A stretch of 64,000 nucleotides of DNA from an uncultured bacterium (GCA_963749495.1 CAVVMW010000022.1:352001-416000); one strand, 5' to 3'. Numbered from the stretch's first letter, positions 37,817 to 49,019 are shown. Numbers and translations: made by a program. The notes: generated by a model not told the origin, from the sequence alone.

Positions 37817-38869
37817 GTGAAATCAATGATTCGCCTGCTGCATCCGGTGCTCTCGTTGATTCTGGGTCTCGTCCTGGGCCTGTCGGTCACCTGGTTTGCC
37901 GGGGAGAATCCGTGGCACGTCCTGTGTCTGCTGGCCAAAGGCGCCTTCGGCTCGGGCTACGACCTGGGCTTGACGCTGTTCTACACCACGCCTCTGATCT
38001 TTACCGGCCTGTCGGTGGCGGTGGCCTTTCAAGCCGGCCTGTTCAACGTCGGCGCCGAGGGCCAGCTTGTCGTGGGCGCGCTCGGGGCTGCGGTGGTCGG
38101 CGGGCTTTGGCCGGGGGTGCCTGCGCCGGCGGCGCCGCTGCTGGCCGGGTTGGCCGCCCTGCTGGGCGGGAGCTTTTGGGGCGCGATTGCCGGCTGGCTC
38201 CGCGCCCGGCGCGGCAGCCACGAGGTCATCACCACCATCATGCTCAACTTCGTCGCCGCTGGCCTCACCAGCTATGTCGCCCTCTATCCCTTGAGAAACC
38301 CGGACTCGCAGAACCCCGAGACCCGGCCGGTTGGCCCGGGCTATCTCATCTCTCAGTTCGGCATTTTCTCCGGCGCGCCCGTGAGCCTGGCCCTGCCGCT
38401 GGCCGTCGTGGCGGCGGGGTTGGTCTGGGTCTTGGTGTGGCGGACCGGGCTGGGCTTCGAGCTTCGCGCCGTGGGCCAGGGTGAAGCCGCCGCGCGCGCC
38501 GCCGGAATTGATGCGGGCCGAATCCGAATCATCGCCATGGCCCTGGCCGGGGGTCTGGCCGGGTTGGTCGGTGTCGGCGAAGTCCTGGGCAACGCGGGCA
38601 AATTCAGGGTTGATTTCTCTCCTGAATACGGATTCATCGGCATCGCCGTCGCGCTGCTGGGCCGCAACCACCCGGCGGGCGTGCTGGCGGCGGCATTGGT
38701 CTTGGGCGCCTTGCACAAAGGCGCCGCCTCGCTCGACCTGGAAACCGAACACATCACCCGCGAAGTCTCGCTCCTGCTCCAGGCCCTTATCCTTCTCTGC
38801 GTCTCGGCAGAAGGGCTTTGGACGTGGAAGGGGAGGGGAAGGAAAGGGAGAGTTGCCGACGTATGTTAA
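37817..38869 (+). CDS. Nucleoside-type ABC transporter permease
   Basis: GLFNVGAEGQ, HEVITTIMLN and GIAVALLGRNHP motifs. Confidence 0.9.
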   Translation: MKSMIRLLHPVLSLILGLVLGLSVTWFAGENPWHVLCLLAKGAFGSGYDLGLTLFYTTPLIFTGLSVAVAFQAGLFNVGAEGQLVVGALGAAVVGGLWPGVPAPAAPLLAGLAALLGGSFWGAIAGWLRARRGSHEVITTIMLNFVAAGLTSYVALYPLRNPDSQNPETRPVGPGYLISQFGIFSGAPVSLALPLAVVAAGLVWVLVWRTGLGFELRAVGQGEAAARAAGIDAGRIRIIAMALAGGLAGLVGVGEVLGNAGKFRVDFSPEYGFIGIAVALLGRNHPAGVLAAALVLGALHKGAASLDLETEHITREVSLLLQALILLCVSAEGLWTWKGRGRKGRVADVC

Positions 38870-38904
38870 ATTTCCTCGGAAACGAAACCGATGCCCCTGA
38901 GTGT

Positions 38905-39092
38905 TGTCCCGGAGGGACACCTGAGAATAGCCCAACGTTTCAACGTTGGGATCCCGGTGAAGATGAGCCGAGTCCCGAAGGGACGGCTGAAACCACCGGG
39001 CCTTTCAGCCGTCCCGTCGGGACTCGGACTCCCGGGGCCTTCAACCCAACGTTGAAACGTTGGGCTATTGTCGAATGTCCCTTCGGGACAGG
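38905..39092. repeat. REP cluster GTCCCGAAGGGAC / CCCAACGTTTCAACGTTGGG inside the ABC operon
   Basis: Inverted pairs seen directly. Confidence 0.85.
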
Positions 39093-39174
39093 GCTGGCGC
39101 CGAGGGCACATGCCCGTTGTGCCTCTCGCGTTTCCGGGCAAACTTAACATTCTCGAACCATTGACTGCCAACCC

Positions 39175-40047
39175 ATGTTCCCCCAACTCCTCGCCTCGAC
39201 ATTCAGGGTTTCCACGCCCCTGGTCTTCGCCGCCCTGGGCGGTGTGTTCAGTGAGCGGTCCGGTGTCATTGCCATCGGCCTGGAGGGCATGATGCTGGTG
39301 GGGGCCTTTGGCGCCGCAGTGGGGACTTATGTGACGCATTCTCCGTGGCTGGGGCTGGTTTGCGGGGCGGGCGCCGGGCTGGCGCTGGCGGGCATTTATG
39401 CCCTCTTTGTCATTGGCCTGCGCGCCAACCAGATCGTGGCGGGCATGGCGATCAACATGCTGGCGCTGGGCCTGACACCGTTTCTGTGCAAATTGCTCTA
39501 CGACGTGACCGGCCAGACTCCGGCCATTCCCGCCGCCCAGCGGTTCCAGTCCGCCCCGCTTTGGGTGGCGTGGTTCCTCGTGGGCTTGGGTTGGCTGGGC
39601 CTCAAATACACGCGCGCGGGCCTTTGGCTGACCTTCGCGGGCGAACATCCGGAGGCCCTGGACGCCGCGGGCGTCCGCGTCAACCGCGTCCGCTGGCTTG
39701 CCGTATTGTCGAGCGGCGCCCTGGCGGGCATGGGCGGCGCCTCGCTCTCGGTGTGCCTCTCCTCCGCCTTCGCCCGCAACATGACCGCCGGCCGCGGTTT
39801 CATGGCCCTGGCCGCGCTCATCTTTGGCAAATGGCGGCCCCTGCCTGCCGCCTTGGCCTGCCTGCTGTTCGGCTTTGCCGACGCCCTCCAGATACGCCTG
39901 CAAGGCGCCTCCCTTTGGGGCGGCAAACCCATCCCGGTCCAGTTCATCCAAATCCTGCCTTATGTAGTGACCCTTCTCGTCCTGGCAGGCTGGGTCGGCC
40001 GCGCCCGCGCCCCCAAAGCTCTGGGCACGCCGTTCCAAAGGAGTTGA
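39175..40047 (+). CDS. Nucleoside-type ABC transporter permease
   Basis: SERSGV..IGLEGMML, GEHPEA and GRGFMALAALIFGKWRP motifs. Confidence 0.9.
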   Translation: MFPQLLASTFRVSTPLVFAALGGVFSERSGVIAIGLEGMMLVGAFGAAVGTYVTHSPWLGLVCGAGAGLALAGIYALFVIGLRANQIVAGMAINMLALGLTPFLCKLLYDVTGQTPAIPAAQRFQSAPLWVAWFLVGLGWLGLKYTRAGLWLTFAGEHPEALDAAGVRVNRVRWLAVLSSGALAGMGGASLSVCLSSAFARNMTAGRGFMALAALIFGKWRPLPAALACLLFGFADALQIRLQGASLWGGKPIPVQFIQILPYVVTLLVLAGWVGRARAPKALGTPFQRS

Positions 40048-40053
40048 TAGGCA

Positions 40054-40360
40054 GTGAAGCGTGAAGCGTGAAGCGTGAAACGTGAAACGTGAAACGTGAG
40101 TTGGAGGCAGCGCCGGCGTCGCGTAGCGACGCAGTGAAGGTAGCCGTGGACCTCGGTCCACGGTTCAGGGCGTGGGAATGGTCAAGCGTCGCGTAGCGAC
40201 GCCTGACAGCGTCGCGGTTTTCAGGCGTCGCTACGCAACGCAGTCGATCTCGGCCCATGGGTCCGTGGACTGAAGTCCACGGCTACCATCGGGCACCGCT
40301 ACGCGGTGAGCCGGGTTCACCTTTCGCGTTTCACGTTTCACCTTTCGCGTTTCACGTTTC
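40054..40360. repeat. Inverted heptamer arrays (GTGAAAC)n...(TTTCACG)n enclosing a REP cluster
   Basis: Seen directly. Confidence 0.88.
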
Positions 40361-40435
40361 CCCTTCCGTTTTTGCTTGAAAACCGTCACCTCTGCACGAA
40401 TCCTCCTGGCGGCGACCCGAACCGAAAGGTGACTC

Positions 40436-43400
40436 ATGCGCAAGTGCAACTGCTCTGGAAATTGCGGACCTCAAAGCAACGGCCTGAATCGGCGCGAGTT
40501 CATCGGCCTGGTGGGGGCCGGCACGGCGGCGCTCCTGGCCGGCCCCGCTTGGGGCGCCTTCGAACTGCCGCCCGACGAATTGGCGCGTTGGCGGCGCGAA
40601 CTCTACGCCCCCGCCGAATCGCGCCGCTACCTTTCGGATCGCCACACCGACGCGCGCATGCACCTGGGTGGCATCGGCACGGGCAATTTCGAGATCGGCG
40701 CCGATGGCCAGCTCACCACCTGGCAGCTTTTCAACACTCTGCGCGATGGCCATGTCCCGTTGTATTTTCTGGTCAAAGCGGGCGCCACCACGCGGTTGCT
40801 CCAGACCGCAGGCGGTCCGGAGTGGCCGCGCGTGAAGCGGATCGAGATGACCGGCGATTATCCCTTGGCCAGCCTCCGCTTCGAGGACTCCGCGCTGCCG
40901 GTCCAGATCCAGTTGACCGCCTTTACCCCCTTTGCGCCGCTGGATGCCGCGTTCTCTTCCATGCCCCTGGCCGCATTCGTCTTCGCCATCAAGAATCCTT
41001 CTCCTGAGGCCGTGACCGTCTCGGTGGCGGCGCTGGTGCAGAACCCAGTCGGCTACGACGCAGCCACCGAGAACAACTCGGCCGTGAATCCCTGCTTCGG
41101 ACACAACATCAACGGAGTGCTGCGCGAGCGGGGCGCGCGCGGACTCTACATGCGCGCCCAGGCGGCAGGCAACGCAGTCCTGGACAAACCGGTCACGATC
41201 TGCGCGACGGCAAATCTGAGGCCGCTCCAGGCCCCGCCCCCGGACCGGCCGGGCAACCTGACTCTGCAGGTCCTGGATGCCCGGGCTATGCCGCCGCAAA
41301 GACCTGCCGATCCCGCCCACACGGTTCTATGGCTGGAGGAGCCTGCCGCCAACATGTCGTCCTCGTTCCTGCGCGCCGCGCGTGAGGCCGTCCAGGCCGG
41401 CGCGACGCTGGTCTTTGCCGGCAAATCCATGCCGTTGCTGGAGGCCTACGCCACCTGGACCGGCGGCAAACCCATCGCCCAGGCCTCCCAGCGGTCCGAC
41501 CTCCTCTTCGAGGACTTCGAGCACGGCTATGACAAATGGAAGGTCCAGGGCGAGGCCTTCGGCAAAGAACCGGCCCACGGCACCCTGCCCAACCAACAGC
41601 GCGTCTCCGGCTTTCTCGGCTCGGGCCTGGTCAACAGCTTCTTGAACGGCGATGCCACCACCGGCCGGCTCATCAGCCAGCCCTTCACCATCCAACGCCG
41701 CTTCATCCGGTTCCTCATCGGCGGCGGCAGCCATCCCAACACCCAAATGCGCCTGCTCGTTGAGGACAAAGTCGTCCGGGCCGCCTCCGGCAAAGATAAC
41801 GAGCGGCTCGAACCCGGCCTCTGGGACGTTGCCGCTTTTGAAGGCAAGACTGCCCACATCGAAATTGTGGACGAAGACAAGGGCGGCTGGGGGCATATCA
41901 ATGTGGATCAGATCGAATTCACCGATTTGCCAGGAGACAGCGAGGTCATGGCGTTGCTGGAAGAACTGCTCCCGGCTCGCTTCAGCGCCGTACGGTCCTC
42001 CAGCAACCGGCCAGGGGGCCTGCCGGCCGTCGAGTTCGACAACCTGGTCCTCCAGCCCGGGGTCATGCAGTCTGAGCTTCCGGCGCCGCTGCCGGGTCCT
42101 GGCAAAGGTCCTGGGCTCATCATCCGCGCCCTCGGGCAGGGCAAGGTCGTCCTGGTCGCCGGTCCCATCCTGGACCCCGCCCATGCCGGGTTGAGCCCAC
42201 AGCGCCAGCGCGCGTACACTTTGCTTTGCGGCTTCGTTGGCGCCCGCTATTTCGCTCCGCCCGGTCTCCATCCCAAAGCGCCCGGCTTCGGCACCTTGGC
42301 CCTGGGGGTCCTGGGACAGAACGTGACGGTCCAGACCGCCATCGCGGACCTGGATGCGGCCTGGAAGGAATTTTCCTCGGTTGGCCAATTCACGCGGGTC
42401 GAGAGCGCCCAGCCCGTTCCACCGACAGGCCCCGGCTACACGATTTATGGCGCCGTCGCCGGCAGCGTCAGCGTCCCCCCCGGCGCGACCGTCGAGGTGC
42501 CCTTCCTGCTGGCCTGGCACTATCCAAACAAATACAACGGCGGCCAGACCTGGATGGGCTGCTACTACGCCACCCAGTGGAACGATGCCCGCGCCGTCAT
42601 CCACGCCGCCGCCTCGGATTTCGCTGCGCTGCGCAGCCGGACCGAGGGCTTCCGCAAGAGCTTTTACGACAGCACGCTGCCCTACTGGCTCCTGGACTGC
42701 GTCACCGCCAACGCCGCCATCATCCGCCATATCGGTGTCGTCTTCCGCATTGCCAATGGCGAGGTCTATGGCTGGGAAGGCTCCAACGGCTGTTGCACCC
42801 CCACCTGCACCCATGTTTGGGGCTACGAACAGACCTTGTCCCGGCTTTTCCCGGACCTTGAGAAGGGCATGCGCCACATCGATTTCATGCACCAGCAACG
42901 CCAGGACGGCGGCGTCAACAACCGCACCGATGTCCCCTCGCCTGCGCGCCCCAGCGGCGAGCACCCCTTCGCCGACGGCCACGCGAGCTGCATTCTCAAG
43001 GCCTACCGCGAGGCGCTCAATCACCCCGATGACTCGTTTTTCAAGGAGTATTGGCCCCACATCAAGGGCGCGGTCCAGTACCTGATCGACCGCGACGCCA
43101 AGGCCGCCGGCGGCCAGCCCGCCGGCATTCTTCAAGACGACCAGTGGAACACCTACGACGAGGCCTTGCACGGCGTCACCACCTTCATCAGCGGTTACTA
43201 CCTGGCCGCCCTGCTCGCCGGCGAGGCCTGGGCCCGCCGCATGGGCGACACCGCCACGGCCGACCGCTTCCACGGCGTCTTCGATAAAGGCCGGCAGAAA
43301 CTCATCGAACTCTGCTGGAACGGCGAATACTTCCAGCAGCACCTGCCCGATTACCTCAACCGCGAGGGAGAAGTCGGCCCCGGTTGCATGGCCGACCAAC

Positions 43401-44170
43401 TCATCGGCCAATGGTGGGCCCACCAACTGGGCCTGGGCTACATCCTCCCGCAGGAGAACGTTCTCGCCGCCCTGCGCGCCGTCTTCAAATACAATTTCAA
43501 GTCCGATCTCACCGGCTGGCAGCACGCCCCGCGCGCCTTTGCCGGCGACAAAGACAAGGGCCTCATCATCTGCACCTGGCCCAAGGGCGGGCGCCCGGGC
43601 CACGTCATGCTCTACTCAGACGAAGTCTGGACCGGCATCGAATACCAGGTTGCCGCCCACATGATCTACGAAGGACTCGTCGAGGAAGGCCTGGCCATCG
43701 TCAAGGGCGCCCGCGACCGTTACGACGGAGTGCCTCGAAAACCCATCCCGCGCAATCCCTGGAACGAAATCGAGTGCGGCGGCCACTACGCCCGCGCCAT
43801 GTCCTCCTGGTCGCTCCTGCTCGCGTTCTCCGGCTGGAACTACGACGGCCCCCGCCGCGCGCTGCGCGTGGCCCCGCGCCATATCACCCCTGAGTTCAAG
43901 TGCCCCTTTACCGGCCCGGAAGGCTGGGGCACCCTCGCCCAGTCCGGCGACGGCCAAAACCAACGCACCCAGCTCAGCCTCCAGGAAGGCCGCTTCGCCC
44001 TGGCCGAAATCTCCGTCAAAGCCCAGGCCGCGCCCCCCAGCGCCACTGTGGAGATGGAGGGCAATCCCGTGCAAAGCACCCTTGCTTTCAAAGACGGCCA
44101 TGCGGTCGTGTCCCTGAAAGAGTCCGTGACCCTCGTCGCCGGCCAGGTGCTCTCCCTGCGCCTCGGCTGA
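40436..44170 (+). CDS. Tat-exported GH116-like glycoside hydrolase
   Basis: NRREF twin-arginine leader; LGGIGTG, YGWEG, CTHVWGY, QWNTYD, DQLIGQW, EVWTGIEY and NPWNEIECGGHYARAMSSW. Confidence 0.88.
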   Translation: MRKCNCSGNCGPQSNGLNRREFIGLVGAGTAALLAGPAWGAFELPPDELARWRRELYAPAESRRYLSDRHTDARMHLGGIGTGNFEIGADGQLTTWQLFNTLRDGHVPLYFLVKAGATTRLLQTAGGPEWPRVKRIEMTGDYPLASLRFEDSALPVQIQLTAFTPFAPLDAAFSSMPLAAFVFAIKNPSPEAVTVSVAALVQNPVGYDAATENNSAVNPCFGHNINGVLRERGARGLYMRAQAAGNAVLDKPVTICATANLRPLQAPPPDRPGNLTLQVLDARAMPPQRPADPAHTVLWLEEPAANMSSSFLRAAREAVQAGATLVFAGKSMPLLEAYATWTGGKPIAQASQRSDLLFEDFEHGYDKWKVQGEAFGKEPAHGTLPNQQRVSGFLGSGLVNSFLNGDATTGRLISQPFTIQRRFIRFLIGGGSHPNTQMRLLVEDKVVRAASGKDNERLEPGLWDVAAFEGKTAHIEIVDEDKGGWGHINVDQIEFTDLPGDSEVMALLEELLPARFSAVRSSSNRPGGLPAVEFDNLVLQPGVMQSELPAPLPGPGKGPGLIIRALGQGKVVLVAGPILDPAHAGLSPQRQRAYTLLCGFVGARYFAPPGLHPKAPGFGTLALGVLGQNVTVQTAIADLDAAWKEFSSVGQFTRVESAQPVPPTGPGYTIYGAVAGSVSVPPGATVEVPFLLAWHYPNKYNGGQTWMGCYYATQWNDARAVIHAAASDFAALRSRTEGFRKSFYDSTLPYWLLDCVTANAAIIRHIGVVFRIANGEVYGWEGSNGCCTPTCTHVWGYEQTLSRLFPDLEKGMRHIDFMHQQRQDGGVNNRTDVPSPARPSGEHPFADGHASCILKAYREALNHPDDSFFKEYWPHIKGAVQYLIDRDAKAAGGQPAGILQDDQWNTYDEALHGVTTFISGYYLAALLAGEAWARRMGDTATADRFHGVFDKGRQKLIELCWNGEYFQQHLPDYLNREGEVGPGCMADQLIGQWWAHQLGLGYILPQENVLAALRAVFKYNFKSDLTGWQHAPRAFAGDKDKGLIICTWPKGGRPGHVMLYSDEVWTGIEYQVAAHMIYEGLVEEGLAIVKGARDRYDGVPRKPIPRNPWNEIECGGHYARAMSSWSLLLAFSGWNYDGPRRALRVAPRHITPEFKCPFTGPEGWGTLAQSGDGQNQRTQLSLQEGRFALAEISVKAQAAPPSATVEMEGNPVQSTLAFKDGHAVVSLKESVTLVAGQVLSLRLG

Positions 44171-44318
44171 TTTACAGCAGAGGGACGACCCCTCACCCCG
44201 GCCCTCTCCCCATCCGATGGGGAGAGGGAGTATGGTCGGCCGCCACTGGTTTCACGTTTCACGTTTCACGTTTCCCGTTCCCGTTGTCGGGCAAGCTGCG
44301 GACTGCGCCGTCTGTCCC

Positions 44319-45458
44319 TTATGTCCCTTGGGCCGCTCTCAGGTCCGCCACGCACTCGACGTGCGCCGTCTGGGGGAACATATCCAGGGGGATGACCTGT
44401 TCCACGCCAAAGGCCCCTTCGGCGCACAGGAGTTTCAGGTCGCGGGCCATGGTCGCGGGGTGGCAGGAGACATAAATGATCTGCGCTGGGTGCGCGCGGC
44501 GGAGCAACCCCAGCAGTTCGGGGCGGCACCCCTTGCGGGGAGGGTCCAGCAAGACCGTGGTCGAGCGGGGCGCAAAATGCCCGAGCATTCCCGGCAGCGA
44601 TTCCTCCGCTGTGCCGGCGATGAACTGGCCGTTGGCCCGGCCGCGCGTTGCGGCGTTGCGGCGCGCGGCCGCAATCGCCAGGCGGTCTAGTTCCACCCCG
44701 GCGAATGATTCGACCAGGCCGCCCAACTCGAGGCTGAAAAAGCCAACGCCGCAATAAACGTCCACCAAGTGGCGCGCGCCCGCCTGCTGCAGACGCTCTC
44801 GCACGACCTCCACCATTTTGGGGAGCAGGAAAAAATTGTTCTGGAAGAAGGAGTCCGGTGGCACCTCCCAGCCCTCGGGCTGGACGCGCAACACGACCTT
44901 GAGGCCGCCCTTGGGCGGGGGGTGCGCGCGGACCTCGAGGATCTGCTCGTTGAGGGCCGGCTCGGCGATGAGGCATTCCTCGATGTCCACGACCAGGCGG
45001 TTGTCGGCGCGGAGGTAGCCGATGTTCAGGCCGTGCTTGAACTTGTCCCATTGGGTGCGGATCATGATGCGGTTGCGGTAGCCGTAGGGCTGCGGGCAGG
45101 CAATGACCGGGTCGATGCGCCTGGGTTCCAGGCCGCCCAGGCGTTGGAAGAGGTCGCACACCTGTTTGTGTTTGAGCCGAAGCTGGGCCGTGTAATCCAG
45201 GTGCTGGTACTGGCAGCCGCCGCATTGGCCAAAGTGGCGGCACGGGGGCGTCACCCGCTCCGGCGCGGGCTGGATCACCCTGAGCAACCGGCTGCGGGCA
45301 AACCGCTTCTTCACCTCGGTCGCTTCCGCCTCCACTACCTCGCCCAGCGCGACGAACGGCACAAACACCACGAAATCATCCAATCGCCCCACCCCTTCGC
45401 CCCCGAAGGCGATGTCGCAAATCGTCAAAGTCAGTTTGTCGCCGATGGCAAGAGACAC
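44319..45458 (-). CDS. rlmD: RNA (uracil-C5)-methyltransferase, RlmD/TrmA family with TRAM domain
   Basis: C..FGQCGGCQYQH Fe-S motif, SFFQNN, DVYCGVG, LDPPRKG, IYVSC and DMFPQTAHVE. Confidence 0.85.
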   Translation of the reverse strand: MSLAIGDKLTLTICDIAFGGEGVGRLDDFVVFVPFVALGEVVEAEATEVKKRFARSRLLRVIQPAPERVTPPCRHFGQCGGCQYQHLDYTAQLRLKHKQVCDLFQRLGGLEPRRIDPVIACPQPYGYRNRIMIRTQWDKFKHGLNIGYLRADNRLVVDIEECLIAEPALNEQILEVRAHPPPKGGLKVVLRVQPEGWEVPPDSFFQNNFFLLPKMVEVVRERLQQAGARHLVDVYCGVGFFSLELGGLVESFAGVELDRLAIAAARRNAATRGRANGQFIAGTAEESLPGMLGHFAPRSTTVLLDPPRKGCRPELLGLLRRAHPAQIIYVSCHPATMARDLKLLCAEGAFGVEQVIPLDMFPQTAHVECVADLRAAQGT

Positions 45459-45940
45459 ACCCGGACGGTAGTGCCGCCGCCGAGCGAACAAAAGGCGTTT
45501 CTTGCGGTAATCGGTCAGTCAAGGCAGAAAGGGAGTCCCGTGACAACCCCTCAACCCGGCCCTCTGCCCTTTGGAAGGGGAGGTCCACGGCTGCCTTCAC
45601 GACGTCGCTCCGCCACGCGCGCGCTGCCCCCGGCTCACCGCGTAGCGGTGCCCGATGGTAGCCGTGGACTTCCAGTCCACGGACCCATGGGCCAAGCTCA
45701 ACCGCGTCGCGTAGCGACGCCTGAAAACCGCGATGCCGTCAGGCGTCGCTACGCGACGCGTGACCATTCCCACGCCCCGAACCGTGGACCGAGGTCCAGG
45801 GCTACCTTCACTGCGTCGCTACGCGACGCGCGATGAGTGCCACGCCCCGAACCGTGGACCGAGAGGGCCTGGGTGAGGGGTCTGTCCGGCACTCTGTCTT
45901 CCCGCCGTATCGGCGCTACGCGGATGGGGATCGGGCGTTC

Positions 45941-48340
45941 TCACTGCGCCCGCGCCCGGTAGAACCGGCAGCGTAGGCTCGGCGGGCCGGGGTCGCTGAA
46001 GTAAAACGGGCCGGCGCCGACGGTGTTGGTGGCGAGGTCCGTCCAATGGACCAGGTCGGTCGAGGTCTCCACGACCACGGCCTGGCCGGCGCCGGCGCTG
46101 ACATTGAAGCCGAAGAGGTTCGAGCGGACACCGAAGCTGCCATCGCTCAACAGGATGACCGGGGGCGCCGGCGCCGCGTAAGCGGTAAAGGCGAGCGTGC
46201 GGATGCAAATCGCCCCGGCGGCGTTGGTGGCTTCGAGCCGGAAGACATACAAATCCGCCACATCGGGCGTGAACGTGGGGTTGCGGACATTCGCGGCCGA
46301 GAGCGAGGCCACCGAGTCGGCGGGGCGGCGGATGACGCTCCATTGCCAGGCTACGGCGGTTTGCGGGCTGGAGTCAAGTTGGCGCAATTGCCCGACCGGC
46401 CCGACAGCCAGGTCAATCGTAGGCGCATCCGGGCAGGTGTTCGGTGTGCCGATGCGAATCGTATTGTTCCAGTAGTCCGCCACATAGACGTTGCCGGCGC
46501 TGTCCACCGCCACGCCGTATGCCCCGTTGAACTGCGCCGCGCTGCCAGTGCCGTCGGCGCTGCCAGAGGTTCCCGCGTGGCCCGCTAACGTCGTCACGAC
46601 CCCGGCCGGCGTCACCTTCCGAATCGTGGAGTTGCTGCCGTCCGTCACATACACGTTGCCAGCGCTGTCCACCGCCGCGCCATGAGGCTCGCTGAACCGG
46701 GCCGCGCTGCCCGGGCCGTCGGCGCTGCCCCAGCTTCCCGCCAGGCCCGCCACTGTCGTCACCACCCCGCCCGGCGTCACCTTCCGAATCGTGTGGTTGC
46801 CGGAGTCCGCCACATAGACGTTGCCCGCGCTGTCCACCGCCACGCCACAGGGCCCGTTGAACAGCGCCGCGGCGCCTGTGCCGTCGGCGCTGCCATAAGT
46901 TCCCGCCAGGCCCGCGAGCGTCGTCACCACGCCGCCCGGCGTGACCTTCCGAATGGTGTTGTTGCCGGTGTCGGCCGCATAGACGTTGCTCGCGCTGTCC
47001 ACCGCCACGCCCAAGGGTCCGCTGAGCCGCGCCGCGCTGCCCATGCCGTCGGCGCTGCCTTGCGCTAGCGCCAAGCCCGCCAGAGTCGTCACAACCCCCT
47101 CCGGTGTCACCCTCCGAATCGTGTCGTTAACGTACTCCGCCACATACACATCGCCGGCGCTGTCCACCGCCACGCCCCATGGCCAGCGGAACCGCGCCGC
47201 GCTGCCCGCGCCGTCGGCGCTGCCCTCAGTCCCCGCCACCCCCGCCAGGGTCGTCACCACCCCCTCCAGCGTCACCTTTCGAATCGTCTCGTTGTTGCAG
47301 TCCGCCACGTACACGCCGCCCGAGCTGTCCACCGCCACGCCGTAAGGCCCGCTGAACCGCGCCGCGCTGCCCGTGCCGTCGGCGCTCCCTCGGCATCCCG
47401 CCAGGCCCGCCAGCGTCGTCACCACCCCGCCCGGCGTCACCTTCCGAATCGTGGAGCTGCCGCCGTCCGTGAGATACACGTTGCCCGCGCTGTCCACCGC
47501 CACGCCGGATGGCCCGCTGAACCGCGCCGCGCTGCCCGTGCCGTCGGCGCTGCCCGAGCTTCCGGCCTGGCCCGCGAGCGTCGTCACCACGCCGCCCGGC
47601 GTGACCTTCCGAACGGTGTTGTTGCCGCTGTCCGCCACATAGACGTTGGCCACGCTGTCCACCGCCACGGCGGATGGATTGTCGAATTGCGCCGCGCTGC
47701 CGGTGCCGTCGGCGCTGCCCGAGCTTCCTGCGTGGCCCGCCAGGGTCGTTACCACCCCGCCCGGTGTCACCTTCCGAATCGTGTGGTCGTCCCAATCCGC
47801 CACATACACGTTGCCTGCCCTGTCCACCGCCACGCCAGCCGGCCCGCTGAACCGCGCCGCGCTGCCCGGGCCGTCGGCGCTCCCTGGGCTTCCCGCCAGG
47901 CCCGCCAGCGTCGTCACCACCCCGCCCGGCGTCACCTTCCGAATCGTAGAGGTAAAGTAATCCGCCACATACACATCGTCGGCGCAGTCCACCGCCACGC
48001 CGTTTGGCGAGTAGAAGCGCGCCGCGCTGCCCGTGGCGTCGTTGGTGCCAGGGCATCCCGCCAGGCCCGCCAGGGTCGTCACCACCCCGCCCGGCGTCAC
48101 CTTCCGAATCGTGTTGTTGAGCTCGTCCGCCACATAAACGTTGGCCGCGCTGTCCACCGCCAAGCCGCTTGGTAGGTAGAAGCGCGCCGCGCTGCCCGTG
48201 CCGTCAATGGCGCCAGGAGTCTCGTCTGGTCCGGCCAGCGTGGTGAACGTGTATTCCTGGGCTGTGGCCTGACTCGTCGCCGCCATGGTCAGGGCGGCCA
48301 GGAGCAGGGCCGCTGATAGATTGGTTGTGACGCTTTTCAT
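45941..48340 (-). CDS. Secreted NHL-repeat protein with C-terminal 'FYRA' module
   Basis: Signal peptide and about 11 repeats of 55 aa (GVAVDSAGNVYVAD..N.TIRKVTPGGVVTTLAG). Confidence 0.92.
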   Translation of the reverse strand: MKSVTTNLSAALLLAALTMAATSQATAQEYTFTTLAGPDETPGAIDGTGSAARFYLPSGLAVDSAANVYVADELNNTIRKVTPGGVVTTLAGLAGCPGTNDATGSAARFYSPNGVAVDCADDVYVADYFTSTIRKVTPGGVVTTLAGLAGSPGSADGPGSAARFSGPAGVAVDRAGNVYVADWDDHTIRKVTPGGVVTTLAGHAGSSGSADGTGSAAQFDNPSAVAVDSVANVYVADSGNNTVRKVTPGGVVTTLAGQAGSSGSADGTGSAARFSGPSGVAVDSAGNVYLTDGGSSTIRKVTPGGVVTTLAGLAGCRGSADGTGSAARFSGPYGVAVDSSGGVYVADCNNETIRKVTLEGVVTTLAGVAGTEGSADGAGSAARFRWPWGVAVDSAGDVYVAEYVNDTIRRVTPEGVVTTLAGLALAQGSADGMGSAARLSGPLGVAVDSASNVYAADTGNNTIRKVTPGGVVTTLAGLAGTYGSADGTGAAALFNGPCGVAVDSAGNVYVADSGNHTIRKVTPGGVVTTVAGLAGSWGSADGPGSAARFSEPHGAAVDSAGNVYVTDGSNSTIRKVTPAGVVTTLAGHAGTSGSADGTGSAAQFNGAYGVAVDSAGNVYVADYWNNTIRIGTPNTCPDAPTIDLAVGPVGQLRQLDSSPQTAVAWQWSVIRRPADSVASLSAANVRNPTFTPDVADLYVFRLEATNAAGAICIRTLAFTAYAAPAPPVILLSDGSFGVRSNLFGFNVSAGAGQAVVVETSTDLVHWTDLATNTVGAGPFYFSDPGPPSLRCRFYRARAQ

Positions 48341-48806
48341 AGAACGGTTAAGGGTTGAGGGGCGAGAGAAATGACGAATGACGAATGACGAATGACGAAT
48401 CACGAAGGGGGGGAACTCCACACGCTGGTGAAACCCAGCATAGCGGTTCGGGGATGGGCCGGCGGGGCCGCGCGGCGGCCGGGGGGGCAGAGGCAAACGG
48501 GCGCGCCATTCCCCTGTGCAGCGGGAGCCTGGTCATTTTCCCAGACCTCGTTGTGGCCCGGTCTCTGCAATGCCCACACGCGTTCATTTGCCGCCCGAGG
48601 GGCGCTGCCCGCCAACAAAGCCAAGGCGCAGGCGGCGCCTGGCTCGGCCCACTACTCTACTGCTACTGCCTTGGGGCACAAAGAGAACAGGAAAACGTGG
48701 ACCGTGTCGATGCATTTCCGCCCGCCCCAAATCATCGGCTGGGCATTCTTTTGAGATCCGCGGAATACACGGAACACACGGAAAAGGCCCGTGTATGCCG
48801 TGGTTT

Positions 48807-49019
48807 TCAGGCTGCGCCAACCTGCGCCAAGCGGCCGAGATATTCGGAAATCTCGGCCTGAAGTTTGCGAATCTCGTCCAGGGGACCCTCGGCGAAAACC
48901 GCGAAATTTCGTGGGTTCTTGGGCAGGATGTCGGCGCGGTAGGAATCGAGAATGCGCTGCATGCGGCCCATCTGCTCGATGGCCTGCTCCAGTTGATCGG
49001 TGTCCTCAATCATAACCAC
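48807..49019 (-). CDS. Small helical hypothetical protein, partner of the DUF6932-like gene
   Basis: 70 aa; overlaps the upstream stop. Confidence 0.65.
   Translation of the reverse strand: MVMIEDTDQLEQAIEQMGRMQRILDSYRADILPKNPRNFAVFAEGPLDEIRKLQAEISEYLGRLAQVGAA

Noticed and set aside
46470..48200. 165-bp periodic DNA repeat array
   Set aside because: Explained by 55-aa NHL protein repeats.
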